From contig MU061578.1 of the NCBI GenBank assembly GCA_013265495.1, positions 3,731,308 through 3,791,307 of the forward strand: DNA of 60,000 nucleotides, in the 5' to 3' direction. Position numbers and translations under genes: made by a program. The first letter of the stretch is position 1. Every line of letters starts with the position of its first letter. Source of the stretch: Vicugna vicugna (lineage: Eukaryota). This document shows, piece after piece, positions 11,975-24,984 of this stretch. The notes under the pieces are model-generated. The model saw nothing but the letters and a program-made list of their open reading frames with translations. It ran no database searches and had not been told where the DNA came from.

Positions 11975-12388
11975 CCAGATTGAAAAGGATCCTCCCAAAG
12001 TCCATGTGACCTTATTTGCAAATAGGGCCTTTGCAGATGTGATTCAGGATCTACACTCATCCTGGGTTTGGACCTACATCCAGTGACTGCTGTTGTTATC
12101 AGAAGAGGATGTAGAGAGACACAGACAGAGAGGAAGGGCAGTGTGAAGACGGAGGCAGAGGTTGGAGTGATGTGGCCACAAGCCAAGGGATGCTGAGGCT
12201 GGCCAGAACACCGGAGGCTCAAGGAGACAGGAGCAGAGTCTCCCCTACAGCCTTAGGAGGGAGTGCGACCCTGCTGGCACCTTAATTTCAGACTTTTGGC
12301 CTCCAGACTGCGGGAGACCATACCTCTGTTGTGTTAGACCCTTCAGTATGTGGTCCTTTGTTACGGCCACCCCAGGAGACCTTACACT
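11975..12388 (+). mobile_element. MaLR LTR, MLT1-like (boundaries approximate)
   Basis: gtgaccttatttgcaaatagggcctttgcagatgtgatt, gtgaagacggaggcagaggttggagtgatgtggccacaagccaaggga, tgtggtcctttgttacggcc. Confidence 0.75.
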
Positions 12389-12638
12389 AGCTCTGGTCTT
12401 ATTGAACTCCATGCATGGTGGGTCCAGAATTGTGTGCTCAGGGCATCATGGATCCTACATGCACACCGGTCGTGATGGACACGCACATTGCATGCATGTC
12501 CCCTGCTCCCACACTTGTACCACTGTGCCATCAGATGTCACTTACAAATCACTGTTTCAAAGATCAAATTATTAAGAATTTCAAGATGGCCAGAGCAGAG
12601 GGTTCAACCAAGTGAGTGACCATACGAATCAAACAGTA

Positions 12639-12900
12639 TGTAGGGAAAACAGCCCTGTTTTTCTCTCCTACAACCCTCTTCTCCCAGAATACTCTCAAAA
12701 CTTCAGTTCTGACACCAGATGTATCTACACATCAAGTGGTTCTCAGACACCTGCTGGGTGTCCTACAATTTGACTCGATTCTGACATGGTCTACCTGGAG
12801 ATCATGCCAGAACTCACAGGATAAGAGCTCAGTCCCCACAAGACAGCCTCCACTTGCAAGCAAGTCCTGTGCTTCTTACCAACCAACCAGCTGTAGATCC
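12639..12900. mobile_element. LTR fragment, MER21-like
   Basis: ttctgacaccagatgt, ctgctgggtgtcctacaatt, ttctgaca..gtctacctggagat, gctcagtccccacaagac resemble MER21-family LTRs. Confidence 0.55.
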
Positions 12901-15900
12901 ATGGAGAACAGAGGCTGTTTTTCCAGAATTTGCTATGTTTAGCTAGTGTCAGCCACCGCCCCTGCACCTGATATAGACTCAAAGGTGGACCGGATCTGGG
13001 GAAAGCCTTCTGTGGAAGATGGGGCTGGCTGCAGGTATGTCCCATGGAGGCTGGGGCAGCTCTGAGAGGTGGGTGCCCTGTGTGATGGGTCTGGGGGGCA
13101 AACTGGACTTTTTCTGACTGGTCTCAAGTTGGGAGTGGGGACCATACAGGGTAGCTGCCATCTCCAACCAAGTCCTGACCATTCTGGGTGGAGGAGGCTT
13201 CCCAACCTGGTTGCTGCACGTTGTAGGTCAGGGTCCCCTTGTCACATGTGGCTGGCCACTGTCCGTTTGTACATTCAGTCTCCAATCCCTGGAAGGCACT
13301 GCCAACCAGGGGCTCCCCATGTCTGAAGCCCCGTCTCCCCACCTTTGGGCATTTCTCATCCGTAACCATGGGGGTTCAGGGTGCTGGAAGGGGACAGCAG
13401 CCCAAACCCACCAACACGGCCGGGGCCACAGGGGAGGCTGGTCCATGCAGTCTGCCCCCCTGAGCGGGGCTGCTTGGCCTGGCCACATCATCACCTCCCG
13501 GCCCCCGGGGCACAGCATCCTCACCCCTCCCACATTCCAGCCCTGTCCTCTCCTCATCCCTGGGCTCCAAACTTCAGGTCATCTCCCCCCATATCTCTGC
13601 CTACCCCTTTGGTCAGGCAGCTGGGGAAGCCCGTGGCCTTGGCACTGGGCAGGGTTGGATGTCACTCTGCTGTCTACTCCCAGTGACCTCAGGAAAAGGG
13701 ACAACCTCTGTTCACTATGTCCAGGAAGGCAGTGCTGGAATGTTTGTTCCCGAGGTCCCAGCCCCTAAACACCTCCGGGCTCAGGGCCAACACTTGGTGA
13801 GTCTCCACTGATCAATGATGCTGTCTGCAAATGAGCAACAACAGCCCCCACTTCACATCTGCTAATTTGGGAAGCTCGCCGCCTGCCTCCCCCCGGAGGC
13901 CTGCCTTCACACCCGCCTCTGAGTCAGTGCCAACAGCTGCACCCGATGCCTCATGCCCTTTGGGCAGCTGTTCCTTACACAGGCAGGGCAGCCCTGGAAA
14001 TGGCCACGCAGCCTGCATGGATGGGCCTCGCCTGCCTTCCCCACCCTGCGCAGGTGGAGCCCACAGCCCCCATAAGCAATGGCCTGAGGAGTTGAGGGAC
14101 GAGGAGGACCAGTCCCCTTTCTGGGGAGTCTTTGGCAAGAATGGGGCTTCTGAGTCACCCTGAGAGGCCTCTCCTGGGTGATCCAGGCCCTGCCTGAGCC
14201 CCTCCATTCCAGGGACAGGAGGGAAGGCATTCTGACCAGGCCTTGGGCTGGATGTCCAGACCCTGGGATCCAAGTCCAGCTTTGCCTTGCATCCAGACAA
14301 GCCCCCTACCCTCTCTGAGCCTGTTTCTCCAACTTCAGATGAAGAGGTAGAACCTGCAGAATTCTGCCTCTCCTGCCCCCTGGGGGCCACAGAGGGGCCC
14401 ACGTGTGCAGGGCAGCTGTGTCTGGCCTGGACAGGTGCGCCCCCGCCCGGTGTCCCCCTTCCTTCACACATCCATGTCTGGTGGTGAGTGCCCTCCGCTT
14501 GGTGGTCTAGACTCGTGGGAGCGCACACCTGCCTGGCCCTGACCTGAGGCTTCAGCTCCTTTACTAGGCCTGGGAGGGGCCAGGCTCCCCTTAACAGAGG
14601 GTCCTGCCCCTCTCTCAGCCCAGACAGTCGGGGTGCTCTGAGCAGGCACTCCGGGCGGGCAGGAGGCCTCACCGGGGCAGGTGAGAGGAGGGCAGCCTTG
14701 GAGGCGGTGGGACTCTGAGGGTCCCTGTGATTTCCCAGGAGGGCCGATTTTTCACCCCAGCGCAGACACCAAGGCTCCCAGGGGGCCTTGCACCCAGATT
14801 CCTCGTCCTTCCTCCCTCTTTACCAGGAGCTGGGTCTTGGGGCCCCCTCTGTCCCTGCACCTCCATGGTGCCCAGCACAGCACGGTGCCCATAGAGCCTT
14901 ACAATGAAGCCCCATCCCCACCCTACCACCCATCCTGAAAGCTGGGAAGCGGCGTCTTAACAAGTGCAGGCCTGAGACCACAGCCGGGAGGGTCACCCCA
15001 GCCACCCCCAGCTCCCCAGGGGCTCAGCCCCTGTAGAAGGCCCCCTGCCTCCCGCAAGCCCATAGTGGTGTCTACAGGCTGGTGGGTGGCAGATGCTCAC
15101 TCACCAACATTCACACCTTCTGCAGCCAGGATGGATGTCACCAAGGGGATGTGGTCTGGGAGCTGTGGGCGGCTGAGGGACAAACAACCTGAATGGGGCA
15201 GGTAGCTGGGGGGTGGCTTCCTGGAGGAGGGGGCATTTGAGCTGACAGGTGGGAAAAAGGAGGCTGAGTGTGCCAGGCAAGGATATGGCTGGGGCAAAGG
15301 CTCTGTGGTGGGAGGCAGTAAGGCCCATCTGGGGAGTGGAGGGAGGGCCAGCTTGGCTGGAGGACAGAGGGTGCCTCACAGCCCTCCAGGACCCGCCCCA
15401 GCTCTGGGGTGTTGCCAGGTAAACTGGAGTCAGCCTCCCTCATTTTTGAATAATCACGGGGAGCCTCAGCACTGGTGCCTGAGTACAGGCAGGGGCAGAA
15501 TGGCTGGTGAGGGGAACGTCGTGTCCAGCAGCCACTGGCCACAACCTCAGGAAAGTGGGGTTGGCAGACCATGGCAGAGCTGCAGCTTGGGTGGGTCTCC
15601 ACGGGAGGGGTCCAGAAGTCATCCATGGGGAGCCCATCAGGCATTGTCCTGTTGCCATGGCTCCCGAGTGCTGCTAATCCTCACCCTCCTTGTCGGTACT
15701 GGCGTGACCTCTGCACAGTGTCCCCAGGCTTCACCTCACTTGATCCTCCTGGGGCTCAGGACCAGGGCTGAGAGGCTAGTGGATGCCTGCCAGGAGCCAG
15801 GGTGACAGAGGAGGGGCAGGCAGCCTTGGGGTGGACAGGCTATCTCTCTGGGCATCTTTTCTCCTTTCACACAGAGTCCCCAAGAGGGCCCAGGTGAGAC

Positions 15901-16612
15901 CACCCAGGTGTTAGGTTGTTGGGGGTGTCCCAGCCTGATGCTGTAACTGACCAAGCACCTGCCCACCCACGGGCCACGTCCCTGCTGTGTGACCCCCCAC
16001 TGAGGATGGAGGAGTTTGATGGGGGCCTTGGGGTCTGGATAGCAGGAGCTGAGCCAACACAGCCTATCACCAAACGTGAACCCAGAGGATGCCAGAGGTT
16101 GGGGGAGGCTGAGCGGAGGGCCCGGCACATGAGGGTGGGCAGGGAGGAGTTTGAGAGGTCACAAAGGGTTTCTGGAAGGATCTACCTGGGGAAGCTGCTG
16201 CTGTGTGTGGGCAAGGGGGAGCCTAAGTCTCTTCAGAGAGGGCAGAAAGGCAAAGAGCTGACACGGGGCAGATTCTGGGAAGGGGCCTGGGACCTAGCTT
16301 CCAGCCCCCAGAGCCTGGCCTGAGTCTGGGCAGGGGAGGGGCCCAGAGTAGGAGGTTCAGCCTGGGCGGGGTGAGCAGGAGTTCTAAGTGGGCCCAGGAG
16401 TGAAAGGGGCCGGGAGACACTGATTTGAGGTGGGCAAGGGGGTTTTGGGTCCTGCCTTTGGGCTAGAGGATCCTCTCAGGCTGCTCTGTTCCCACAGCCC
16501 CAGGGGCCCAGGACCAGGTCCAGGCTGAGAAGGATCATGGTGTCTCTGGAAGGGACCAAAGTGGCCGAGGGCCTCAAGACAAAACATCCAGCACCCACCA
16601 TGTCCCAGTGCA

Positions 16613-16626
16613 GCGCCCTCTAGTGG
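16613..16626 (-). promoter_or_regulatory. CTCF motif, reverse
   Basis: GCGCCCTCTAGTGG, which reads CCACTAGAGGGCGC on the minus strand, is a consensus CTCF core. Confidence 0.6.
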
Positions 16627-19174
16627 CTCATCCCCCAACAGGGTCCCAGGAAAGAGGATGTGGCCTCCCCATAGCTTTACCAACACGAGCCCTTTGTCTG
16701 CATCCTCAGTTTGCCTGACTGCACAATGGGGTGGTTAGACTGGCCGCTGTGGTTGGGTGCTGGGTGGGGAGGGCAGGCTGGGGGCTCAGCAAGGACTCGG
16801 GGTGCCCACACATTCCCTCTCCCCTCTTCACTGGATGCTAGAGACCTGGGCAGGTGCTCAGGAGTCCACGCTGTTGCTCTGAGATGATGGGTCCACCTCT
16901 CATCACCCCCTCTTGCTCATGGCCTGGTTAAAGCCCCAAATCCTGGCCTGCATCACTTGCCTGGCCAGGCCCCGGGGCACCCCAGTCCCAGGCTGGCCAA
17001 CCTTAGGCTCTGAGCACAGAAGCCCATCCCAGGCCAGCAGCCAGGCTGGGAGCAGGGATGAGGTCATACCCAGAGCAGAGCAAGCAGCCAGATGGAGGGG
17101 ATCAGCCTCTGGGAGGGGGCTGGGTAGAGAGCTCCAAGCCCTCCCAGAGGGACCTGGGACCTGAGACCTGATAGGGCAAGAGGCAAGATGGACCACTCAT
17201 CTGGGATGAGAGCTGCCTGCTCCTCTGGCATTCCCACCCTGGCCACCTGGCACAGGTGTGTACACCACAGTGCAGCCATGTGTGCCAGCTTGCTTCCCTG
17301 CCTTGCTGGCAGTCCCTGAAGCACAGGCTGAGTCTGGGGTACAACTCAAGAGGTGACCCCGGCATGCAAGAGAGAGGAGTGGGGATGGTGAGACTGAGAG
17401 GGTGTGTGCACAGGGTGGACTCAACCCACCAGGACAGGTGGCCTCCCCAAACTGTCCTTCAGAAAAATGGGGCTGGGACTTTTATACTGGCTCCTGTCCC
17501 CCACTGGTTGGGGTCCCCCCAGGGGATGAGCCTCCTATACTTCTGGGCTGGCTTCTTGTGGGGTCAACAGAGCTTTCCCTGCACCAAGGAGGGCAAATCG
17601 TGCTGGGAACAGATCCTGCCTGGGGTTGGCTGGGGTCCTCTAGGAGCCAGAGGTCACAGACCCCACTTACAGGGGAGCCACAACCTGACCCAGGGCACTG
17701 CCATGGACCTTCACTGGCTCTGACTCGAGACACCCTGAGCTCGTGCATGGGGAGGCCAGAGTTGACTGCTTAGGCTGCAGTGGCCCCTGAGTGTGTTCTC
17801 AGGATATGAATCCAGTGCTCTCCATTGTCCTCAGCTCCCAAGTCCCGCCCTCTGGTCACTCTCGGGGTCAGGTCACACCCCTTGCCGCGGAGACTACTTC
17901 TGCTGTTCCTTCTCTTTCTCACCTGGGGACTCCTTGCTGGAGTCAGGCCCCTTCTTGGAGAGTCTATCCCAGCCTTCCTGTCTCCACTGCTCTTTTTCTT
18001 GTCACCCTGATCCTCTGCATATATTATCTACAAAAATTTAAAAGTACGTCTGTTAATTTTTTCTTCTCCTTTTTTTTTTTTTTGGTTTGTCACCCCCTCT
18101 CGGCCAGTCTTGGAGCTCATGGGATACAGCCTTGCCTGCACAGCGTCTGCATCACCCAGTGCGGGCGTGGTACCTGGGAACACCGGGAACTCTGTGTGTA
18201 ATGCATCCAGAGGGTGTGCGAGACCACCTCCCCACCTGGCCAGCCAAGCAGGACATGCAGCCTGGCCCTGGCTGGCCACCCTGTCCTGTCTGTTGAGCCC
18301 AGAAGGCCTCCCACACCAGCACATGGGGACAACTGGACCTCAGCATGGGCCGTGCCTGCTTCAGTACCAACATCAGGCCCGTTGTGCTGCAGCCACTGTT
18401 CCCAGCAGGACGTCAGGAGGGACAGCTGCCTCTTTGTGGGCAGCCAGGTCTCCACTGCAGGCCAGGCCGGCAGCTGCCCGTCTGATGGCCAGCAGGCCTC
18501 CTCAGCCTGAGGACAGAATGGGCTGTGGGGGAGGGCTGCACCCCTAGGGGGTGGTTTTCCACTCCCTGGTTCCATTTTTCCTTGACTTGGCTCCTGGCCT
18601 CATGTCCTTGAGGGTAGGGGGAGCTGGGGGATAGCTGGGAGATAGGTGGGGGAGGGGAGCTGGGTGACTTCTAGAGCATGGGATTCGGAGTCTGGCTGGG
18701 AAGGGGGTGCTGTGTGCTCCAGGGAGCCTCCAGCCTCCCCAGGTGGAGCCTGCATGAAGACAGACACTGGCCTCTGGGCTGGGATGTTTGGATCTCTAGG
18801 TGCTTTTTCTTGATTAAATCATAAGCCACAATCCTGGTAGAAAATGTAATATCACAGAGAACCACGAAGAAGAAAAGAAAGGGTCCAGGTGCACAGCCCC
18901 ACTGAGTACCCCAATATAACAGGTCAGCATGACACTATCCTCACCTGTTGCTGTCTGAATCCCCTTGGGTGAGGCGCTTGGTGTCTTGGGGGTCTTGCCA
19001 TCATCCGGGAGCACCTCATTTCATTCAATCGGGAGCTGAGCTCCCCCAGATGGGGGCAGGGTAGGAGCACTGGGGGCTGCATCCCAGGGAGGGACTGTCC
19101 AGCCACCCACCCGGCTCTCCCCGCCTGACGGAGCCCAGGCACTAGACTCTGGTTAAAATCAGCAGCTGTCAAGG

Positions 19175-19330
19175 TGGGGCCTCTGAAGCAACAGCAGTAG
19201 CATCACCTGGAAACTTGGCAGAAACGCGGATTCTCAGGCCTGCCCACTATTGGAGTCAGCATTCCCGGCCTGAGACCCGGGCACCTGTGTATTGATGCCT
19301 CTATTCAGACGACTCTGATACCTGCTAAGG
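19175..19330. mobile_element. MER5A-like hAT DNA transposon relic
   Basis: cagcagtagcatcacctggaaacttggcagaaacgcggattctcaggcc...gactctgatacctgctaag. Confidence 0.6.
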
Positions 19331-19539
19331 GGAGACCCCACGGAGTGAACCACCCAACCGGCTAGGCCACCTGCTGCCTCTTGGTCACAGTCTTGACCCC
19401 CATGTCTCCCTCGAAACCCCACCCATCAGAGACATAGACCTCCTGCGCTTCGTGCCTCCGAGTGAGAATTTCGGTTGGATTCTTCGGGTCCCCTCCAACC
19501 CCTGCTGGGGTCAGGGCCCCCAAGCTCTGGTCTGCGGAC

Positions 19540-20470
19540 CGAAGAGAATGAGGTGGGGGCGCCGATGTCATTGGAGTTGCCGCCGACTGGACAAGGGCTG
19601 AGAGAGAACGTGCGGAGGCCTCAGGAAGAAAGAGGCACAGACGGGGAGTAGGGCCCACGGGGAGCCGAGTGCCCGCCCCCTGCCCCGCCCAGGGCACCCC
19701 CACCTCCCTCCCACGCCCGCCCCGCCCCGCCTCCCCGCCGGCGCCCCGAGCCCCAGCCTGGAGCCCTGAGTACCAAGGGACAGCAGCGCAGGCACTCGGC
19801 GGCTCCCCGCGGGCCGGAGGGCACAGCCCCGCCCGGGTGAGTGCCGCGCGTCCCTACCCCTTACCCACTCCCGCATCCCTGCCCGCGCCCCTTCCCTCCG
19901 CTCTCACCCGACCCCGCGCAGATCCCCGTTATTCTCTCCGGGAGTCTCACCACACTGCGCGCAGTCCTGCGCCGCCCCGGCCCCGGGGCCCGCCGCGCGT
20001 CCCCAACCTGTGGTCGCCCTGTCCCTCCACGCACCCCCTGTGCACCCCTGGGATCCACCTGCGGCTGCCCTGGGTCTATCCTCTCCCCTTTCGTTTGCTC
20101 CTCTGTCTCCCCCGCCCCGTTCCCTCCGACCTCCTAGTTCCCGTACCCCTCGCCATCCGCTGGCCTCTGGACCCGATGTGCGAGTCAGGGCAGAAGCCGC
20201 AGGGAGACTGGGTCGACCTGCTCTCCCCACCACGCCTCTCTGGGCCCGACGTCCCCGCGGTGGGCGCTGCAGCTGGGCTTGTCCAGGGGCTGGCAAAGGT
20301 GGGCGGCTCGCCCGCGAGGGTATGCTGGGAGGCTGTGGCTGGGGTGGATTTGGGAAGCAAGCGGGATTGCGAGCGAGCGGGAGTCTCAGGGAGGGGGTGG
20401 GGCACGCGGGGTTGGGGGGCGTGGCAAGAGCCGAGGTCTGCCCTTTGGCCTGAGGGGAGGCTGCGGGAAG
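19540..20470. promoter_or_regulatory. SSTR5: CpG island promoter of SSTR5 with clustered GC boxes
   Basis: Visibly dense CpG. Overlapping Sp/KLF boxes CCACGCCCGCCCCGCCCCGCC at 19711-19731. Lies about 5 kb upstream of the SSTR5 CDS. Confidence 0.75.
19745..19836 (+). other. SSTR5: Putative non-coding exon 1 of SSTR5 (5' end approximate)
   Basis: Follows the GC boxes, contains no ATG and ends at a strong donor CGG|GTGAGT (GT at 19837-19838). A matching acceptor ttcattctcttgcag ends at 24934. Confidence 0.6.
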
Positions 20471-22446
20471 ACTGTCCAGGGTTCTGCCAGCAGCACACAC
20501 ACAGTGCCTGGTCCTAGGGTTCCCAGGGTGTTTCTCCTGGATTGGGGAGGAGATGCGGTGCTGTCCTGCCGGCTAGGAACAGAGGCCCTGCCTCCCCAGG
20601 GCTTGGCACCTTGGCCCACTTGCCCCCTCCCCAGAAGGAAGAACACACCCTGGAAATTCACCTGTGTGCCATCTCCCCACCTAGGGTCCAGGTAGGGCCC
20701 TAACCTGCCCACCTGCCTGGCTCACTGGCCCTGGTCCTCCAGCCAGCCTGGGGTCCTGGGAGAGGGCAAGGTCCTAGAGCCCCTGTGGCTAACCCTGGGA
20801 ACAGTGGCCACTTGAGGGGAGGACAGGGGAGGACAAGGAGCCTCCCAGGCAGACAGTAGTTGATGGCACCAATGACAGTGACCCCCATTGGTTCCTAAGA
20901 ATCCCAAGAAAGTGTGCTGGGGGTGGAATGTGGCCTTGGAAACTTCTTGCAGAGTGTGCAGACCCGGGTGTGCAGACCCCAATGTGCCCCTGAGGAGGGG
21001 CCTCTGCCAGGCCAGCCTCCTTGTTGCTGCACAGAGCCCCCCACACCCACCTCAGTTCTCCCCTTGAGGGGAAGGGATACCCCAAGACCAAGGCTGCCTT
21101 AAGGACAGATTGGGGCTTATTTAGGGGAAGGATAGGAGTGGGGGTTTCCATGGGCTGTGTGCACGGGTAAGGGTGGGGGAAGGCAGGCCTGGATGGGGCC
21201 CTTGGATGGTGCTGGGCCCTGACCTCTTAGTCATGACATCCCTGAATGTCTGCCTCTACCCTGTGCAGATGAGGCATGAGCCCCAGAGCACCAAGATTTG
21301 ACCTTGGTGGTTTCCACAGCTGCCCTTGGGTGGAGGGGGCCAGTTCCCTCTTGTTGACCTCAAACCAGGCCAGCCTGGAAGGGGTTGGAGAGCCGAGGGA
21401 CCTCCCCCAGGCATGAAGCCCTCGAGCTCCAAGGCTCCTCCCTTCTCCCAGGCCCAGCAGAGCATCTGGTCCCTTCTCTGCAGAGCCCCAGGCAGGTGCC
21501 TTTCCTGGCCCTGGGGAGGAGATGCTGGCCACCTAGGCAGGCGGATCGGGAGCAGTGATTGAGCACCTATTGTGTGTCGGGCACCGCATGCAGCCTCTTG
21601 CTCACCTGAGCTCATTCCTCTGCTCAGCAACTTTGAAGGGGTCACTTAGCATGGAAATCCGGGGTTCAAAGAAGTGGCGTGACTTACCCAAGAGTACTTG
21701 GCGAGTATGTAGGGGTGGGCTGGGCAGGGACGGGGCAGGGACAGGGCAGGGGCCAGCATCTATTCCTGTGTTGCAGCAGTGGGTGGGCAGTCCCTTCCTG
21801 GAAGAGGGGATCTGGGTGAGAAAGCCAGAGTCGGCCTTTGGTCCTTCCACAGACCCTCCCCCACTGAATCCCCAAGCTGCAGAGGAAACGGACCAAGGGG
21901 ATGATTTCCCCATGAGTGTGTGATTTCTGTAACTAAGAAGATTGCTGTCTCTGAATGAATAATGGCTTGGAATTATGTTCCAAGAGGCGGGTGCAGCTAT
22001 GTCGACCTAATTTTGTTTACTGCTCTGAAGTTTAACTCAGGAGTTGGGGTGTTCAGGGGATGGCAGGGAGCCCCGACCATCTACTTGGCCCACTCTGGGT
22101 TCTGGGCAGTGGGGAGATCTGGCAGCGGCCTCAGAGGAGCCCTGAGCAATGGAGAGCTTCCTAGAGACAAGGTGCTCATCTGCTTTAGAGTCAAAATCAC
22201 ATTCAGGTGCTCTGAACCCTTCTAACCCCTTCCTTCAGAGGCACATCATTCTTCACCACCCAGCCCCCTGAAAGCCCCTCTTTGGGCATTTTCTGGGGAG
22301 GGTGTAGCCCCTGGGACTCTCCACCTAGATGCCTATACAACTAACCCGGCTGTCTCCAGACCACTGTCCTAGAATTCATTCCCCACTAACGCCTCAAGGG
22401 GGCTTGAAACCTTATTTTATGTTTTTTATCTTAATCTTTTAAAAAA

Positions 22447-22591
22447 TTTATTTATTTTAATTTTATTTTTTTATTTTGTGGGGGAGGATAATTAGGTTTA
22501 TTCATTTATTTTTAATGGAGGTACTGGACATTGAACCCAGAATCTCGTGCATGCGAGGCATGCACTCTCCCACTGAGCTCTACCCTTCACC
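22447..22591 (-). mobile_element. tRNA-derived SINE, camelid vic-1-like (second copy, in the putative SSTR5 intron)
   Basis: Same architecture as 10387-10507: gggggaggataattaggtttatt, ttgaaccc (B box), ccactgagct (A box), with a T-rich tail on the + strand. Confidence 0.75.
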
Positions 22592-24984
22592 TCTTTTATT
22601 TCTTTTTAAAATGTGAAGGGAGCCCCCTCTGTGCCAGGCCCCGATCATCAGACCGATCCTGCCTTCGGGAGCAAGCCTGCCCCAGGAGGCCCTCCTCCCA
22701 GCTGGGTGCAAAGGCTGAATGAACACCGGGGAGTATGGGCTCAGCCCTGCCCTGCCTCCACCTCCAACCCAGGCTCACCCCTTCCTGAGGGCCCAGAGCT
22801 CAGGCCGAGGGACCCAGCTTTGTCTTGAAATGCAGTCATCCCCAAACATCCTACCTTGGCCTTTTTTGGGTCATACACCTCAGATTAGGTCACAATATAC
22901 AGGGCAGCAAATCCAGTGAAACACAGAAAAAGTTCTCTTTCCTTCTGGCTGCTGGAGCCCCTGTGGCCTCAGCTACCCCCACCTCTGCTCCTGCTCTTTC
23001 AATCCCCCAATTCTCTCTTCAGCTGTATCCAGATGGCAGTTGATCCTGACTTCTGTGGGGCTTTTTTTTTTTAACCCAGATGATGATTTTTCACACCCAA
23101 GAGTTGTAATTTTCAAAAATAGGCTCTTGTTCATTTTACTTCTTTGACAGAAGCCAAATTCATTTCATATTTTTATCCATGCCTATTGAGGACCCTAAAT
23201 ATTTCAAAGTGTCTAAGCATGTCAGTGTTTATTTACTTTATTTCACCTGAAACAAGTCCACCGATCCACCTTTTTATTGCCGATTTTCTGGGTCTTGTTT
23301 CCCAGGGTCAGTTAGCATGAATTTGGACGTCCAGGTGTGTCTGCCCATCCGGAGCAGAGGCTTCTCTCTATCACTGTCAGCATTGTTTATTCTGCTTCCC
23401 ACCTTGTCTACCAGATTTCAGTTTCCCCTCAACCCAGGGGTCCCCAGTCCAGGCTTGGCAGCTGCTGGGGTATCGTCTATGTTGAGGTGGCTCGTGGGCA
23501 TGGGGTCAGCTGACCCTGGATGGTCATCACAGCCCTTTCCAGCCCTGCTCAGGCCCTTATCGGGACCCCTGGAGGGAGGCACTTAGACTCCCTGCCAGCC
23601 CCCATCCCCTGTGTAGTGCTTTCCGAGACGTCAGCCCCCATCTTCCCGTCCTCAACTTCTCATCAACGGAGGTGCTTATTTTCTCCTCTGTGTCACCATT
23701 TTTATGAACTATTTCAAACACACAGAAAAGTCCAAAAATGATGTAACAGATCCACGTGTGCCCGTCATCTGGAACCACAGATGCCAAGATTTCCCTCTGC
23801 GTCCTGGCTCTTTCTCTACAAACACATCACACAGCTGAAGGCTTTCTCTGCATCCACTCCCCAAGATGATACACTTTCACACTCCCTCCTCCCCCAGTGT
23901 CCCCCACACACATGCATGTCCTCCTGGCCTGTGGCTCAGGCAATAATTCATCTGTGCCTGTCATGGGTTCGCTTGTTCACGGTGTGTCAGGGTCTTCATC
24001 TGCCTATTCCCACTCTGGGTCCTCTGCCTGGGGCTTCAAATGTGGTGTCCTTGGGGTAGGGGTGATGGACCCACCCCCGAGTGTGTGCCCTCATGCAGCC
24101 ATGTCCTGGATCATCTCTTTGGCCCAGCGACATCCATGCTATGGGCAGGGGGTAGCCGTTGGGGGCAGGGAAACCAACTCATCATGGCCACATGGCCAGG
24201 GCTCACTGGGGGGTGGCATAGACATGGCTCACCAGAGTACTGTGTTCTTGAGAGCCTGGTAGATGCTGGCAGAACCTCTGCAGCCTGGGTCTGCCTTTTC
24301 AGCCACATGGGAAGCCTGACACCCTCCTAGAGGTTCCAGGAGGCCACCTGGAGTCCAGCTCTGGGGTCACCCAGGAGAGCGGGTCTGGCAGGTGTCACTG
24401 CACTTCTGGCTAGCATGGGCTAGCCATGTCCGGCTGATGTCTCAGCCTCCTTATCATCCCTCCACCCCTCTCCACCACCCTACAGGTCTCTAAGGAGGTG
24501 ACTCCCACTGTCCTCAGTCCCTTACCTACAAGTTGGGGGCTATCAGGTCCACTCCCAGGACTCCACAAGGCCTCGGTGAGAGGGTGCCAGCCAGAGGCTC
24601 GAGGATGGCCGTGGCTGAGTGGAAAGGGAGGCAGCCAGGGCGGGGAGGGGCGTGGGGGAGGTTGGGTCTCTGGGAGCCATCGTTGTATCGATAGACGGTG
24701 TCGGCTCATGGGGCTGCCTGCCCGTGGCCTCCGCAGCTGCTGCCCCGCTGCTCCTTCCTCTCTGGGCTTGTTTTCCAAACAATTTGCTTAATGTGATTCC
24801 TGGTCCAGTTGAACATGAGTAATCGTGTTTACCTGCCGCCGTGGGGTAATCCTGTGCCACCCAGGGCAGGTGGGGCTGGGCACACGGGAGACGCCCTCCA
24901 GGTCAGTCGCTCCGTGTCCTTCATTCTCTTGCAGAGGACGCGCCCAGCGCTCCCGCTCTCCCTGCCCTGCCTGCAGCGGCTGCA

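Noticed and set aside
19669..20517. 282-aa Pro-rich ORF
   Set aside because: Falls in the CpG island, GTG start, compositional artefact.
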